This document shows positions 1 through 12,634 of a stretch of 64,000 bases of DNA, one piece after another. Location of the stretch: contig JAQGDQ010000749.1 in the NCBI GenBank assembly GCA_030141605.1, positions 1 through 64,000 on the forward strand. Direction: 5' to 3'. Every line of letters starts with the position of its first letter. Positions within the stretch are counted from its first letter, which is position 1. This DNA is from Tubiluchus corallicola. Lineage: Eukaryota; Animalia; Priapulida. The position numbers and the translations under genes were made by a program. The notes under the pieces are model-generated. The model made no database searches, was not told where the DNA came from, and saw only the letters and a list, made by a program, of their open reading frames with translations.

Positions 1-845
1 CATGTTCAGCAGACTTATGATCCTTGATCTCCTGCTTGCACAGGTATACTAAGATTGAGAAACATCATGTTCAGCAGACTTATGATCTTTTATCTCCTGC
101 TTGCACAGGTATACTAAGATTGAGAAACATCATGTTCAGCAGACTTATGATCTTTTATCTCCTGCTTGCACAGGTATACTAAGATTGAGAAACATCATGT
201 TCAGCAGACTTATGATCTTTTATCTCCTGCTTGCACAGGTATACTAAGATTGAGAAACATCATGTTCAGCAGACTTATGATCTTTTATCTCCTGCTTGCA
301 CAGGTATACTAAGATTGAGAAACATCATGTTCAGCAGACTTATGATCTTTTATCTCCTGCTTGCACAGGTATACTAAGATTGAGAAACATCATGTTCAGC
401 AGACTTATGATCCTTGATCTCCTGCTTGCACAGGTATACTAACATTGAGAAACATCATGTTCAGCAGACTTATGATCCTTGATCTCCTGCTTGCACAGGT
501 ATACTAACATTGAGAAACATCATGTTCAGCAGACTTATGATCCTTGATCTCCTGCTTGCACAGGTATACTAACATTGAGAAACATCATGTTCAGCAGACT
601 TATGAACCTTGATCTCCTGCTTGCACAGGTATACTAACATTGAGAAACATCATGTTCAGCAGACTTATGATCCTTGATCTCCTGCTTGCACAGGTATACT
701 AACATTGAGAAACATCATGTTCAGCAGACTTATGATCCTTGATCTCCTGCTTGCACAGGTATACTAACATTGAGAAACATCATGTTCAGCAGACTTATGA
801 TCCTTGATCTCCTGCTTGCACAGGTATACTAACATTGAGAAACAT
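1..845. repeat. 65-bp minisatellite, 13 copies (continues off window)
   Basis: unit catgttcagcagacttatgatccttgatctcctgcttgcacaggtatactaa(g/c)attgagaaacat. Confidence 0.97.
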
Positions 846-2049
846 GTCCAGCAGACAGTTATACATACAGTTTATTTTAGACAACTACAGATGTCTTGGG
901 AAATCCAGTGCTATAAGTAGATTTGCATTCATTGAGAAATTATTATCAAGACATAAACAATTGTAGTTAATGAAGTTAAAATAATGACCTAATATTTTGT
1001 CACTTCTTTATTGAAGCTGTTTTTCAAAACTCGTTTTTTAGTGCAATTTAATTAATTTAAATGATTTAATTGAGTTAATTTTATTCTATTGTCGTGAACG
1101 ACAGAATTTGGAAAATCCCAATACAATTTTGGGAGACAATGACGCTGCCCATTGAGAACATAATCCAGTAATGCATAATAGATTACTTTTGCTCATTAAT
1201 TTAAAAGACTTTTTTATCATGACAGTGATTTTAGCTGATGCAATCAATTAAAAATTAACAACGTTAATAATAAATCAGTAGAAACTGTAGGAATGGCATG
1301 AGTTCTACAAACATGGTACCTGTAGAAGAATGTTTCAAGTAAATAGAGATTTTTTAGGGCACAGTGCAAAGCATGTGGCGCCATCCTTTGACAAAAGAGG
1401 AGCAACAAGCTGCTACTTTTTGAACCAATGGTAAACTAGCGTAAAAGGTATCCTCAAAATAAGATTACTCAGAAATGCTTAATTTAACTGTTTGTGTATT
1501 ATTGCAATAATAATGTGAGTCAAGTGCAAATGTTCCTTACACGGCTTTAAAATTTCGTTACTAATTACCTTATAGCATAATTGTTTAAAGTAATGTGAAA
1601 AATACGAAATTTTTTAGCCTATAATTTATAAACAGACATTTGCGATAAATAAGACTAAAATATTACCTAGTAAATAATAACATGCACTGTGATGGAACTA
1701 GTGTTTGCTTTTCTTGAATAACTTTACTTGCACATATGGCAGAATTAAAAATACAATTTAAGTATTTATAAATATCAAATTTTAGCCCTAACTGTGCCAA
1801 TTAGTTTTCAGTCCAAAATCTCTTTGTACTCAGTCTCCGTTGGGATGCACTGCTCAATAGTGCTCATAATGGGTTAGTGCTAGCACCTACCAGTGATTTT
1901 TATAATGCATGCACACAACTATGCACTAAAGTGTGGCAGTATAGTCTTTTTCCATTAGATAATTGTAGATAGGTCTAGATCTCAAAAACGACATTTATCA
2001 GCCACTACTTCAGTCGATTTCGCTGTGGTTGCTGATGTGCATCATATTG

Positions 2050-2160
2050 TATTGGGCGTAATGAGTGCACTCATATGTAAAATATCAATGCGCAACGTAG
2101 AACTATTTACAGGAAGTTCTTTGTGCGCACTATGCTAGGTGTTGTTGGTTACTTCCTGTC
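2050..2160. promoter_or_regulatory. Probable SLC10A7 proximal promoter with inverted ETS pair
   Basis: ACAGGAAGT (2109-2117) and ACTTCCTGT (2151-2159), ATTGG near 2051, about 90-190 bp before the ATG. Confidence 0.4.
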
Positions 2161-2242
2161 AACGCTGAATTCCGTGGCAATTTTCGTATCTGCTGAGAAA
2201 TTTTTATTATCTGTATAACTTCAGCATAATTGACATAATGCC

Positions 2243-2342
2243 ATGAGTGTAACAGAGAAAATAAAAAGCAGCTGGTTTTTAATAGGAATTATTGTCGTGA
2301 TAATACTTGCAAATTTGGAACCTGAATTAGGCCGCAAGGGAG
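2243..2342 (+). CDS. SLC10A7: SLC10A7 (sodium/bile acid cotransporter 7-like) exon 1
   Basis: ATG 2243; MSVTEKIKSSWFLIGIIVVIILANLEPELGRKG resembles the SLC10A7 N-terminus; donor G|gtaaac; 100 nt, phase 1. Confidence 0.9.
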
Positions 2343-3179
2343 GTAAACTGGATGGCATTCTGCTATAGTTTAATTTATTACGTGTCACCCTTTCAAAAAG
2401 CATTTTTATTGTATTATTTTAAAGATTATGCTTCCATTTTGCATTGAAATAAGCTGAAGTTGGTTTTAAGTGTGTACAGCGCAATATTTTCTAAATTTTG
2501 TAGGTAACAGTCTTGTATAAGCTACTATTCTATTTCAGTTGTATGGTTGTAGCATAGGTAATTCGTTTCTTACATGGCATGTCACAGTAGCAAAATTCAT
2601 TTGTTAAACCTACCATATGCAAGGTTTTTCTTTTCAACTGTTGTCTCACATACCATTTAGGAATATACAGAATAAAAGAATTTGTGTACATTTTTCAACC
2701 CTTTGTAAAGCATGCATATTGCTGTTTTGATTCAATGCTTGAAAGTATTACCATAAGATTTGCCAGGCCAACACTGCTGAACAAATTGGAGACATCCTAA
2801 AAGGTAGAACAGAAGCTATTTAAGTTATTTCAAGAACTTACATCTAGTTTCTACTCTGAGCGATGTTCTTAGAAATTTGTGAAGCATCAGCAAATTTTGG
2901 AGGCTGTTCCTTGATTAAATTTTTCAAATTTGCAGGCTGTGTGAACAGGCTTATGGCAAGCTCATTAAATTCTGCATACACGTGAGGTCATCTATTTCTT
3001 TAGCAATGTTATGTTCAAATAATCTTTATTTTAAGCCAGTATTAGGCTAATAAATTACATAAACTGTGAAACAATTATAGCCTGTTAAGGATAATAATCC
3101 AAATAACAGGTATTATAGCTACCCATGTATTATTTCAATTAATCTGAGAATTTGGGTCAAGAACTGCAAATCTCTAATA

Positions 3180-3723
3180 TAGTGGGTCCCAACCTTTTGT
3201 TGACCGTGACTCCTTTCCAGAACGCTGCATCATGTCGCCACCCCGCGAAGAACATAATCACATGCTATACTATTAAACATCATTATCATTCGCATTTATT
3301 AATTGTAATTTACTATTCAGCAAATTATTGAACAATAAGTGATTGCTTTATTAATTCATTCATGTGATCATTGCACCTGTTTCTCAGCGACCAGTAATGC
3401 AACAGCAAAAGTTATCCAAAGTAAAACGAATAGCAACACGCTTTCAGGTAGTGTACGCTGTACACAAGTGTACAGCATGGAAGAACATGCATTTTTATTT
3501 TCCCAGAAAATCAAGCAGTGATATACTGCATTTAGAGTGGGAAAACCCTGTTTCACTTTCCAGAACAAAATGATGCAATGAGAGACTGAGGAAACAAGAT
3601 CTACTTACATACATTTCAAAAAAACTGCATTTTTTAAAAATAGTTTTTGGACTAGCTTACGATCCCATCAAAAGTGCTTGGTGACCCCAGTTGGGGTCGC
3701 GACCCCAAGGTTGGGAACATATG
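3180..3723. mobile_element. hAT (Charlie-like) MITE
   Basis: imperfect TIRs tagtgggtcccaacctt / aaggttgggaacatatg; 8-bp TSD ctctaata on both sides. Confidence 0.85.
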
Positions 3724-4286
3724 CTCTAATACAATGGTTGTGCAATTGAATCTTCCAGTGGAAAGCCTAAATATTGGGCTATTCTTGCAATGCATCTACA
3801 ATAATATACATGTTGTTTTGTAGAGCTTCAGCAAAGGTCTTTTTTCTTGTTTGTTTTAGTGTCAGGTTTATCACGTTCATTGTTTAATGTGCATAAGCTG
3901 TTTGGTTTGCAATGTATATGTGCAGTAGATGGCGTACCATTACAGCAAACTACAAAATTTTCAAACTGTGTGATGAATGGTTTGATTTAAACGTGCATTC
4001 AGCTTTTGTCCTTATTTATATTTTTGTTTGAAATGAAAATGTTAAAAAAGTTAGAATATTGATTATTTATCGACAGTTTATGTGCGTTACATTTTCCACA
4101 TGCTGGCTTGACAAGTTTAGTTAAAGCGCAGCTCTGGATTACTTTTCGTTTAGTACAAATCAAGTTTAAATTTCTGAATTACTTTTTCAAGTTTGATCTT
4201 ATGGTGATTTATTGCAGATTTTTGACCGGTGATGATGTCATATAATGAGTAAAACGGAACATATTTTAAATTATCTATATTTGCAG

Positions 4287-4369
4287 GGTATCTGAAACCA
4301 GAATTAACAGTAAAGTACATTGCTGTTTCGGTAATCTTTTTCAATAGCGGAATCTCGTTGAGAACTGAG
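4287..4369 (+). CDS. SLC10A7: SLC10A7 exon 2
   Basis: ttgcag|..|gtaatt; (G)[27 protein letters not shown]; 83 nt. Confidence 0.93.
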
Positions 4370-4504
4370 GTAATTGGTAATTTTTTTCCTGAAATTTCTT
4401 AGGGATGGTTCCCTAACCTGTGTTTATACCCTTTGATTTTCAAATGATTTTGCCATTCCGCCACCAATTCTAAAAAGCTACAAGTTCAATTATATATATA
4501 TATT

Positions 4505-4790
4505 TAATTTGTAGTAAGCCTCAGCGTAATGTTAAAATAACAACACTGTTCAAGACAAATGCGTCCAGTGCATACCAAAAAAAACTAAAGTGCAAAACTA
4601 TATACAATAAATGAACGTATTTACAAACACCATATTAAAATATTTTTACAAAAATACATTAAATTTTACATGACATATTTTTCACTATATATACACATTT
4701 GGCATGACACAATTAACAGAAACATGCTTCACATTACATAAATTTCACTCATTACATTTACACTATTTATACATTTGACATAACAAAACT
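4505..4790 (-). mobile_element. Interspersed repeat (probable LINE 3' UTR); second copy about 33605-33900
   Basis: near-identical gtaagcctcagcgtaatgttaaaataacaacactgttcaagacaaatgcgtccagtgc.. at both loci; related sequence near 52570-52700. Confidence 0.65.
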
Positions 4791-5566
4791 AATGTATAAA
4801 TAGTGTAAATGTAATTACTGGCCTGTTGAAAACTTTGGTCTCGTTTTATGCGTAAAGCTTCGCCTTAGACTGGTAAGGTGCTAATTTTGATCGGATGAAA
4901 GCAGTAAAGTACCTGGTGTATCAGTGAGTTATGAATGCTACTGTTAGTGTCTCTGAGAGGCATTTATGACAAATCTTCAAAAGTCTCAATTGAATTTCAT
5001 GTAAAACCACTGATCCCTATTTCTGCAATATTTAAAATTAAAATAGAAAAGCAAAGGTGACTGACATTTGCTAATTTAGTTAGATTGTTACATTCCATTC
5101 ATAAATACCAGTGAATAAATCAAAATGAAAATTAATAGAAATAAACTTACATTGTTGTGGCATATATCTAATGAAAAATTTCGCTAGCTTGTACAAGACA
5201 CATGTTCACTCATACAACAGAACAGCATAAATGAAAAACGTAACTAGGTCAATGCCCACACTTTAAACTTTCTAGCTAGATGGAGCCACCTTGGCTACAA
5301 AATGAAAATTTATTAAGTCAGGTTCACACTGGCCTTAATAGCTACAGTTAAATGAACTGTGTATTCTCTTTACTAAATTAGGCACTAATGCTTAACGTTC
5401 AATGTTTTGATTATAGTTGCTTTTGTCTGTCTTTCCGTTTTGCAGTTAAACATAACAACGACATACTTTACCAAACAACTCAACAAGCATGTAAAAAGTG
5501 GCCGCAAAAATATAACTTTTTCATCTTATATGAACTTTGATACCAACACAGTAAGCAAAATCCATC

Positions 5567-6003
5567 TGTGAAAGTCATGTTTCAGGTTGTACATGAATCA
5601 CTTTGTAGAAAAAGAATAAAACACTATACTACATATCTGCACAAAACTGAAAAGAGTTTATTAGACTACATACACATATGTAGAATGACTGCTACACTGA
5701 ACACTGAGAACAAGAGTGTCCTGCACTGATCACTGAGAGTTAGACAGTAACATGATTAGCACGACTTCTGCACTGCACCGAGAGTGTGACAGAGACTAGA
5801 AAGTAAATCCAGTCAGTATATATAGGTATAGGCAATTATGCAAACTTGGCTTCACAAAAACCATTACTGTAAAATAGGGAGAGATCCAATGAATATGCAT
5901 TCACTGGACCGTACAATTATACTAGGGGTGAGTTTAGCTAGTAAAATGTAAAAGGATTAGTTCATAGATGGCAGCACCTAAAAATACAGTTACAATTTCC
6001 ACA
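5567..6003 (-). mobile_element. Solo LTR, copy 1
   Basis: TGT..ACA termini with short inverted ends; 5-bp TSD ccatc; TATA-like and AATAAA on - strand. Confidence 0.85.
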
Positions 6004-6562
6004 CCATCATTCTCACAACATTTTCAACTTACAAGAATCTAACAGTCAGGTGGTGAAGAGTACTGCTAGTAAAGTCAGTATTTCATTTTACAGACCTAAA
6101 GAATTGTACTGACTGTACATTAAAACTGACAAAACTATTGTATAATACAGGCTAGCATGATGACAGTACAATTGCTATAACAAGATTTTATGTTGGAAGA
6201 AAAAATTTTTCTGTTTTGCAAAACTCGAGAAGTTTCCTTAAGATCTTCTCAATATGGCCGCCAAATTTAACGTTTTGATTGTAGCAGTTTATTTTTTAAT
6301 GTAAATAATGTTGCTAAGATTCTATAGTAGAGTAACTTTTTTGTTGTTGAAAATAACTGGCAACAACAATTGCCTCATTTACTTAGAAATGATAATTAGA
6401 TTAATTAAATTAGATTAAAAACGTAAATTAGAAATGCTTCGTTTACTGCTCAAGTCTTTTGGAAGATATTTGGTTTTATTTCTAGTGATGTAAGAACAGT
6501 TGCTTTGCTTTTCGCTTTTTGGTTTCTCCAAATTAAATGTTTTTCTGTTTTTCTTTACACAG

Positions 6563-6699
6563 GATCTTACAAGTGCTCTTCTGCAGACGAAGCTGCATGT
6601 ATTCGTACAATGTTTTACACTGATGTTTGTTCCATGCTTTACTCAGGCTCTCGTGTATTGCCTCAGTTATACACCTATCAACAATTGGCTACTGAAAGG
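6563..6699 (+). CDS. SLC10A7: SLC10A7 exon 3
   Basis: acacag|..|gtctgt; DLTSALLQTKLHVFVQCFTLMFVPCFTQALVYCLSYTPINNWLLK(G); 137 nt. Confidence 0.92.
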
Positions 6700-6996
6700 G
6701 TCTGTATGATTAATCACAACACGCATATAATTTTATTACAATACTCGTACTCAAATAAAGCCTTTGAAAACTGTGTAGCTATAAAATATTGTACGTTTTC
6801 AAAGGTGTTTTTCCGTGAAAAAGTTATCTTCATGTTAACATGTTAACGTTAGTGGAAAAATGTCAAGATGTATTTGTAAATGCTTTGATGTCAGGTTGTA
6901 TGCGTCAAATAAATTGTCGAAATATTATATTAAGAAGATCTTCATGCACTTCTGTAAAGTGTTATTACCATAAGGTTGCTGTAAGCAGATGCAGTA

Positions 6997-8387
6997 TGTA
7001 GTGTTAGTAACACGTGTATGATTGGTTTAACGTAATATCAGTGCAGCTGTGCGTATCACTGTAGAGTTAGTAACACATGTATGATTGGTTTAACGTAATA
7101 TCAGTGCAGCTGTACGTATTACTGTAGTGTTAGTAACACGTGTATGATTGGTTTAACGTAATATCAGTGCAGCTGTATGTATCACTGTAGAGTTAGTAAC
7201 ACGTGTATGATTGGTTTAACGTAATATCAGTGCAGCTGTGATGGTTCACTGTAGAGTTAGTAACACGTGTATGATTGGTTTAACGTAATATCAGTGCAGC
7301 TGTATGTATCACTGTACAGTTAGTAACACGTGTATGATTGGTTTAACGTAATATCACTGCAGCTGTATGTATCACTGTACAGTTAGTAACACGTGTATGA
7401 TTGGTTTAACGTAATATCACTGCAGCTGTATGTATCACTGTAGAGTTAGTAACACATGTATGATTGGTTTAACGTAATATCACTGCAGCTGTACGTATCA
7501 CTGTAGAGTTAGTAACACATGTATGATTGGTTTAACGTAATATCACTGCAGCTGTACGTATCACTGTAGAATTAGTAACACATGTATGATTGGTTTAACG
7601 TAATATCAGTGCAGCTGTATGTATCACTGTAGAGTTAGTAACACGTGTATGATTGGTTTAACGTAATATCACTGCAGCTGTATGTATCACTGTAGAGTTA
7701 GTAACACATGTATGATTGGTTTAACGTAATATCAGTGCAGCTGTACGTATCACTGTAGAGTTAGTAACACATGTATGATTGGTTTAACGTAATATCACTG
7801 CAGTTGTACGTATCACTGTAGAGTTAGTAACACATGTATGATTGGTTTAACGTAATATCACTGCAGCTGTATGTATCACTGTAGAGTTAGTAACACATGT
7901 ATTATTGGTTTAACCTAATATCAGTGCAGCTGTGATGTTTCGCTATAGAGTTAGTAACACGTGTATGATTGGTTTAACGTAATATCAGTGCAGCTGTACG
8001 TATCACTGTAGAGTTAGTAACACACATATGATTGGTTTAACGTAATATCAGTGCAGCTGTATGTATCACTGTAGAGTTAGTAACACATGTATGATTGGTT
8101 CAACGTAATATCACTGCAGCTGTATGTATCACTGTAGAGTTAGTAACACATGTATTATTGGTTTAACCTAATATCAGTGCAGCTGTACGTATCACTGTAG
8201 AGTTAGTAACACATGTATTATTGGTTTAACGTAATATCAGTGCAGCTGTGATGTTTCGCTATAGAGTTAGTAACACGTGTATGATTGGTTTAACGTAATA
8301 TCAGTGCAGCTGTATGTATCACTGTAGAGTTAGTAACACATGTATGATTGGTTCAACGTAATATCAGTGCAGCTGTACGTATCACTG
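6997..8387. repeat. 63-bp minisatellite, about 22 copies, SLC10A7 intron 3
   Basis: unit agttagtaacac(g/a)tgtatgattggtttaacgtaatatca(g/c)tgcagctgta(t/c)gtatcactgtag. Confidence 0.97.
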
Positions 8388-8493
8388 ATAATACTTTACT
8401 ATGATATGCACAATTGCTCTGGTAAGTTTTATTCACTTTGTTCAGCTGCTGAAATGAATTTTTAATGCACAATGCTAATTTACTGTTCCGTAG

Positions 8494-8569
8494 ATTACTT
8501 GTTGTGGGATGTATGCCACCTCCTGTGTCTTCTGCTGTCATTCTGACCAAAGCTGTGGGAGGTAATGAG
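8494..8569 (+). CDS. SLC10A7: SLC10A7 exon 4
   Basis: ccgtag|..|gtatgc; [25 protein letters not shown], hallmark SLC10A7 motif; 76 nt. Confidence 0.96.
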
Positions 8570-8710
8570 GTATGCAGCATAGAAATTTGATTTAACACCC
8601 ACGTCACATGTTAGAATTACTCGTATTTGATTTTGAATTGCCTCAAAAATTCAGTTGACTTGATAGTGAGAATTTAATTTCATTTATTAGTGAATTTTCA
8701 ACCACTAATT

Positions 8711-9175
8711 CAGGGGCGTGCAAATTATCTTAAACTTTCGCGCAATTCCTGTGGGCCACAGGCAGTTTGATCAAGGAGCCAAGTACAGAAAGGCCTAATA
8801 ACGGTTTTTTTGCATCCGACCTGCGTACATCATTACTATTACACTCAAGAAACTATTTTAGAAGTTATTAAAATTTATATTACAAACCATATATTTCTAC
8901 TTTCAGGACAGATAGTGGTAATTTCAATACAATGCATATTAGTAATGCGTATCACACAGTCTGTGTAGTACAGTGTTATTAAGCTACAACCGTCTTGTAA
9001 GGGTTAATGGCATCTGATCTAGTAGAAAAAACTACCCGCACTATGTTTGGGATCGTGGCACGGACTTCAGCTGGATAGACTCAATTAATCGCCCGGGCCG
9101 CACTTTCATTAGGTTGACAAATCTCTTCGCGGGCCACACAAATTCTCTCGGCGGGCCGCAATTTGCACACCCCTG
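8711..9175. mobile_element. hAT-like MITE, copy 1
   Basis: TIR caggggcgtgcaaatt / aatttgcacacccctg; homologous to 13978-14452. Confidence 0.85.
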
Positions 9176-9219
9176 GGCTAATCTTTGTTTATTGATTCTG
9201 ATTTATTGCAATTTTTCAG

Positions 9220-9258
9220 GCTGCTGCCATTTTCAATTCCGCCTTTGGAAGTTTTTTG
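9220..9258 (+). CDS. SLC10A7: SLC10A7 exon 5
   Basis: tttcag|..|gtaagt; AAAIFNSAFGSFL; 39 nt. Confidence 0.95.
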
Positions 9259-9369
9259 GTAAGTAATGACTAAATGATGAATTAAAAACTGTTCAGCCAA
9301 TTAAAAAATTTAAAAGAAATACAGAGCAATGATTCTCAACAAGTACAACACTTCCTAATTTCCCACACA

Positions 9370-9550
9370 TCAGTCTTTGCTTCTCTAGCCCACTGCAATA
9401 CAATTATTCCTTTATGATAACGATAGTGTATGAAACATAACAATTTAATACAGTAGATGTAATAATTTTGATGTCACTGTGTGCTTAATGTCATTATATT
9501 GTACTGAATGTGATAATAATAATAATAAATAAATAAAAAAATAATAAATA
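9370..9550 (+). mobile_element. LINE/SINE 3' end with (TAA)n tail; further copies about 29780-30000 and 63515-63840
   Basis: shared ttctctagcccactgca..gtactgaatgtgataataataat in three places. Confidence 0.7.
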
Positions 9551-9682
9551 ATTGTGAACAAAAAAAAAGTAGCTGTAATCACTTAGATCTGACTGCAGGC
9601 GTGTTTTGATTATCAATAAGTAATGAATGCAATCATGCCGTGTTTGATTTGACGTCTTTTGTGTTCTGTAACCTAAACTATA

Positions 9683-10196
9683 CAGTCATGCCTCGGTTTT
9701 CGATGATAATTCGTTCCTAAAAAGTGTTTGAAAACCGATTTGGTTGAGAACCGAATCATTTATTCCCACAAGAAATAATGTAAAAGCAAATAATCCATTC
9801 TTAAGCACTGAATGAACTGTAAAGTATTACTAAAACGAAATATAATAATGCAAAAATGCTTATTCAAACAGTAGATGTGATATTATTGTTAAGAAAAACA
9901 TATTAAAATAACTTTGAAAGAACAACATAATTGTTCCTACACGGAAAAAACCTTATGTGTTGGTATCAGTGTGATGGTATATGGTAAGCAAGAGCAGAAA
10001 CACGTGTGTGACTACTCTCGGGCGCGGTCGGTTACGCTCAGCTCTACTCTGCTCGCCGCACATGTGTTCATCACGTGTTTGGCGGTTGGTCGAGTACCGA
10101 AATTCAGGTCGAGACGGGAGACAAGTCAACTCAAATTTTCTGGTCGAAAACCGATTTGTACGAGTACGAAGACGTTCAAAAACCGAGGTATGACTG
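9683..10196. mobile_element. Tc1/mariner-pogo type MITE
   Basis: TIR cagtcatgcctcggtttt / aaaaccgaggtatgactg; TA TSD. Confidence 0.85.
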
Positions 10197-10378
10197 TAAT
10201 CTAAACAAAAAATGAGATTCTAGGAGATGCCTCATCTGCTGCTTGATTGGACTGTAGATTATTTATGTATCTGCTGTTTTGATTGGTTAATAGCAACAGC
10301 ATTATAACAGACATTAATAAGAAAATATGGCAAGACGCATATAGTCAAACGCTTTATTTAAAATGCCTGTTTTCATTG

Positions 10379-10773
10379 TGTGAAAGTCATGTTTAAAGTT
10401 GTAGATCAATCACTTTGTAGAACAAGAATAAAAAACTATACTACTTATTTGCACAGAAAAGTGTTTATTAAACTACATACACATAAGTAGAATGACTGCT
10501 ACACTGAACACTGAGAGTGAGAGGGTCCTGCACTGAACACTGAGAGTTAGTCAGTGACTAGAAAGTAAAACCAGTCAATATATATAGGTATAGGTGACTT
10601 ATGCAGACTTGTACAAGCTGCACAAAAACCATTACTGTAAAATAGGGAGAGATCCAGTGAATATGCATTCACTGGACCGTACAATTATACTGGGGGTAAG
10701 TAGCTGGTAGAGTAACAGGATTAGTTCATAGATGGCAGCACCTAATTAAAAATGTACAATTACAACTTCCACA
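10379..10773 (-). mobile_element. Solo LTR, copy 2 (same family)
   Basis: TGT..ACA termini; 5-bp TSD cattg; clearly homologous to 5567-6003. Confidence 0.85.
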
Positions 10774-10901
10774 CATTGTTTCTGGATTACAAGTTTTACT
10801 TTGATATATAATATTTAGTTGTCTTAATAAACTTGCTTATTACTATAATACAAACAGTTGTGACATAACTGTGGCTTCAAATTTTGATGCGTTTTTTCCA
10901 G

Positions 10902-10937
10902 GGCATTTTTGCGACTCCATTTCTAATTCTTTATTTT
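10902..10937 (+). CDS. SLC10A7: SLC10A7 exon 6
   Basis: ttccag|..|gtaagt; GIFATPFLILYF; 36 nt. Confidence 0.9.
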
Positions 10938-11047
10938 GTAAGTATCTTATTTGTTCTCATAATTATTATTAGTAAATTATTTTAAATCCCTTTTGCAAAT
11001 ACAGGTATCGTTCAAAATATTTGTAAATACTGATTTAATATTAAATA

Positions 11048-11559
11048 CAGTCTAGTCTCGTTATCTCGCCACTGTCCGTCTAGGGCCAATTTTTGGCGAG
11101 AGGCGAGTATGGCGAGATAACTGGAATATAACGAAGTTAGTCTATATGTATATACATAATAGTTGATTAACATAGTGTTCCTCTATGTACATATAAAATA
11201 TATTTCGCGTTATGATACCAATCAATGATACCACAGCACTCCTAATCTAATCCTGGTGAGACACACACTAGATTAATTATGTCTGTCTATCGAGTACAGC
11301 AGCATTGTCTACATACCGCGGTTATATTGATCGACACGCAGTATATGTATTGATCGATTCACCTCTGAGTTTGTCTGTTTGGCGACATAACGAATATAGT
11401 TTACATAAGCACTCATCCTAGCATGACGTGGCAAGGGCGAGAAGCGAGGGTGGCGACTTAACGAGGTAAATATCAAAGCAGGAAATCCGTCCTGGTACTT
11501 TCTATGGCGAGAGACGAGTTTGGCGGCATAACGAGGGGCGAGATAACGAGGCTAGACTG
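11048..11559. mobile_element. Tc1/pogo (Tigger-like) MITE
   Basis: TIR cagtctagtctcgttatctcgcc / ggcgagataacgaggctagactg; TA TSD; repeated subterminal ggcgag motifs. Confidence 0.88.
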
Positions 11560-11720
11560 TATTATTAAAATAGTGAATGTTTTTGGTTTGTAAAATGTAA
11601 GAAAAAATGAAATGCCTGCATTATAGGTTTTCTGTATGTTGCTTCCATATTTCACTTGAGAGACACTAGATTACAAAAAGACGTTTTAGCTCATTTAAGA
11701 AATATTCTATGTAACATTCT

Positions 11721-12393
11721 ATATATGTGCTGCTTGCAAACCAAAACCGTCCACAAGTCGGCATAGTTAAAACTATGTTATGATGCTTCAAAGAGGGTGA
11801 CCCAAAAATATGGTCAAATGTCAATTTTTCGTATGTTATAAAAATGAACACTAAATATGTTGGACTTTTATATTATAGCACCAAATTATCAAGAAAATGT
11901 TTAGAAAATACTGAAAATTTAATTTTAAAAACCCCTACCGGCTTTTCTGGCTACAAACTAGTTGTGCTATTGTCAAAAACTGGTATTTTCAAACTCTGAT
12001 AGTAGCTCCTGGAAGCAGTTCATTTTGCTTCCGATTTTTTCTGTTGACAAGACCAGTTGTTCATCAGGAAGAGCCATTTACTTAATCTAAGCATAACTTC
12101 AATGTGTTCTTGCAATGTCCATAGCAACCAACATTTGTACGGTTGCTAAGTGTTTAGTAGAAATGCGACAAAAAACATTGGCTAACTTTAACAGTGATTT
12201 TCTCAAGATTATGTTTTTCAGTGCGCAGCCTGCATCTCAACTTTAATGTGGATTATCTCAGCTTAGGAATAACATAGAGCGATGAACTTCGTATGAAAAT
12301 GATCCTCATGAAATGGAGATTCAGGATATGTGAATAACTAGAAAAACTTAATTGCCGACTTATGGACGATTTCGCTCTGCAGGCACACATATA
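11721..12393. mobile_element. MITE with about 40-bp imperfect TIRs
   Basis: atatatgtgctgcttgcaaaccaaaaccgtccacaagtcggca versus tgccgacttatggacgatttcgctctgcaggcacacatatat. Confidence 0.7.
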
Positions 12394-12485
12394 TGGACTG
12401 GATGAGTTATAGAAGTGTAGAATGGAGTTACTGACATCCAATGGATCATACCTTCTCTTATACATGATTTGTTTGAATTTCTTAG

Positions 12486-12634
12486 GTTGGAGCAAGCACA
12501 ACTGTGCCCGTAACAGAGATCTTCTTAACACTAAATATGACAGTTGTCGTACCATTGATTGTTGGACAAGTCATACGATTTTTTATACGAGATTGGTTAC
12601 AGAAAATCAAGATTCCTTGGGGAACAATAGGAAG
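12486..12634 (+). CDS. SLC10A7: SLC10A7 exon 7
   Basis: tcttag|..|gtgatc; VGASTTVPVTEIFLTLNMTVVVPLIVGQVIRFFIRDWLQKIKIPWGTIG(S); 149 nt, phase fits neighbours. Confidence 0.92.

Noticed and set aside
850-2100. Divergent protein-coding exons on the minus strand
   Set aside because: Only short stop-bounded frames with no recognisable homology or consistent splice phases
12035-12070. Hammerhead ribozyme core (CUGAUGA..GAAA) on minus strand; similar at about 43310-43346
   Set aside because: No stem II pairing between the core motifs
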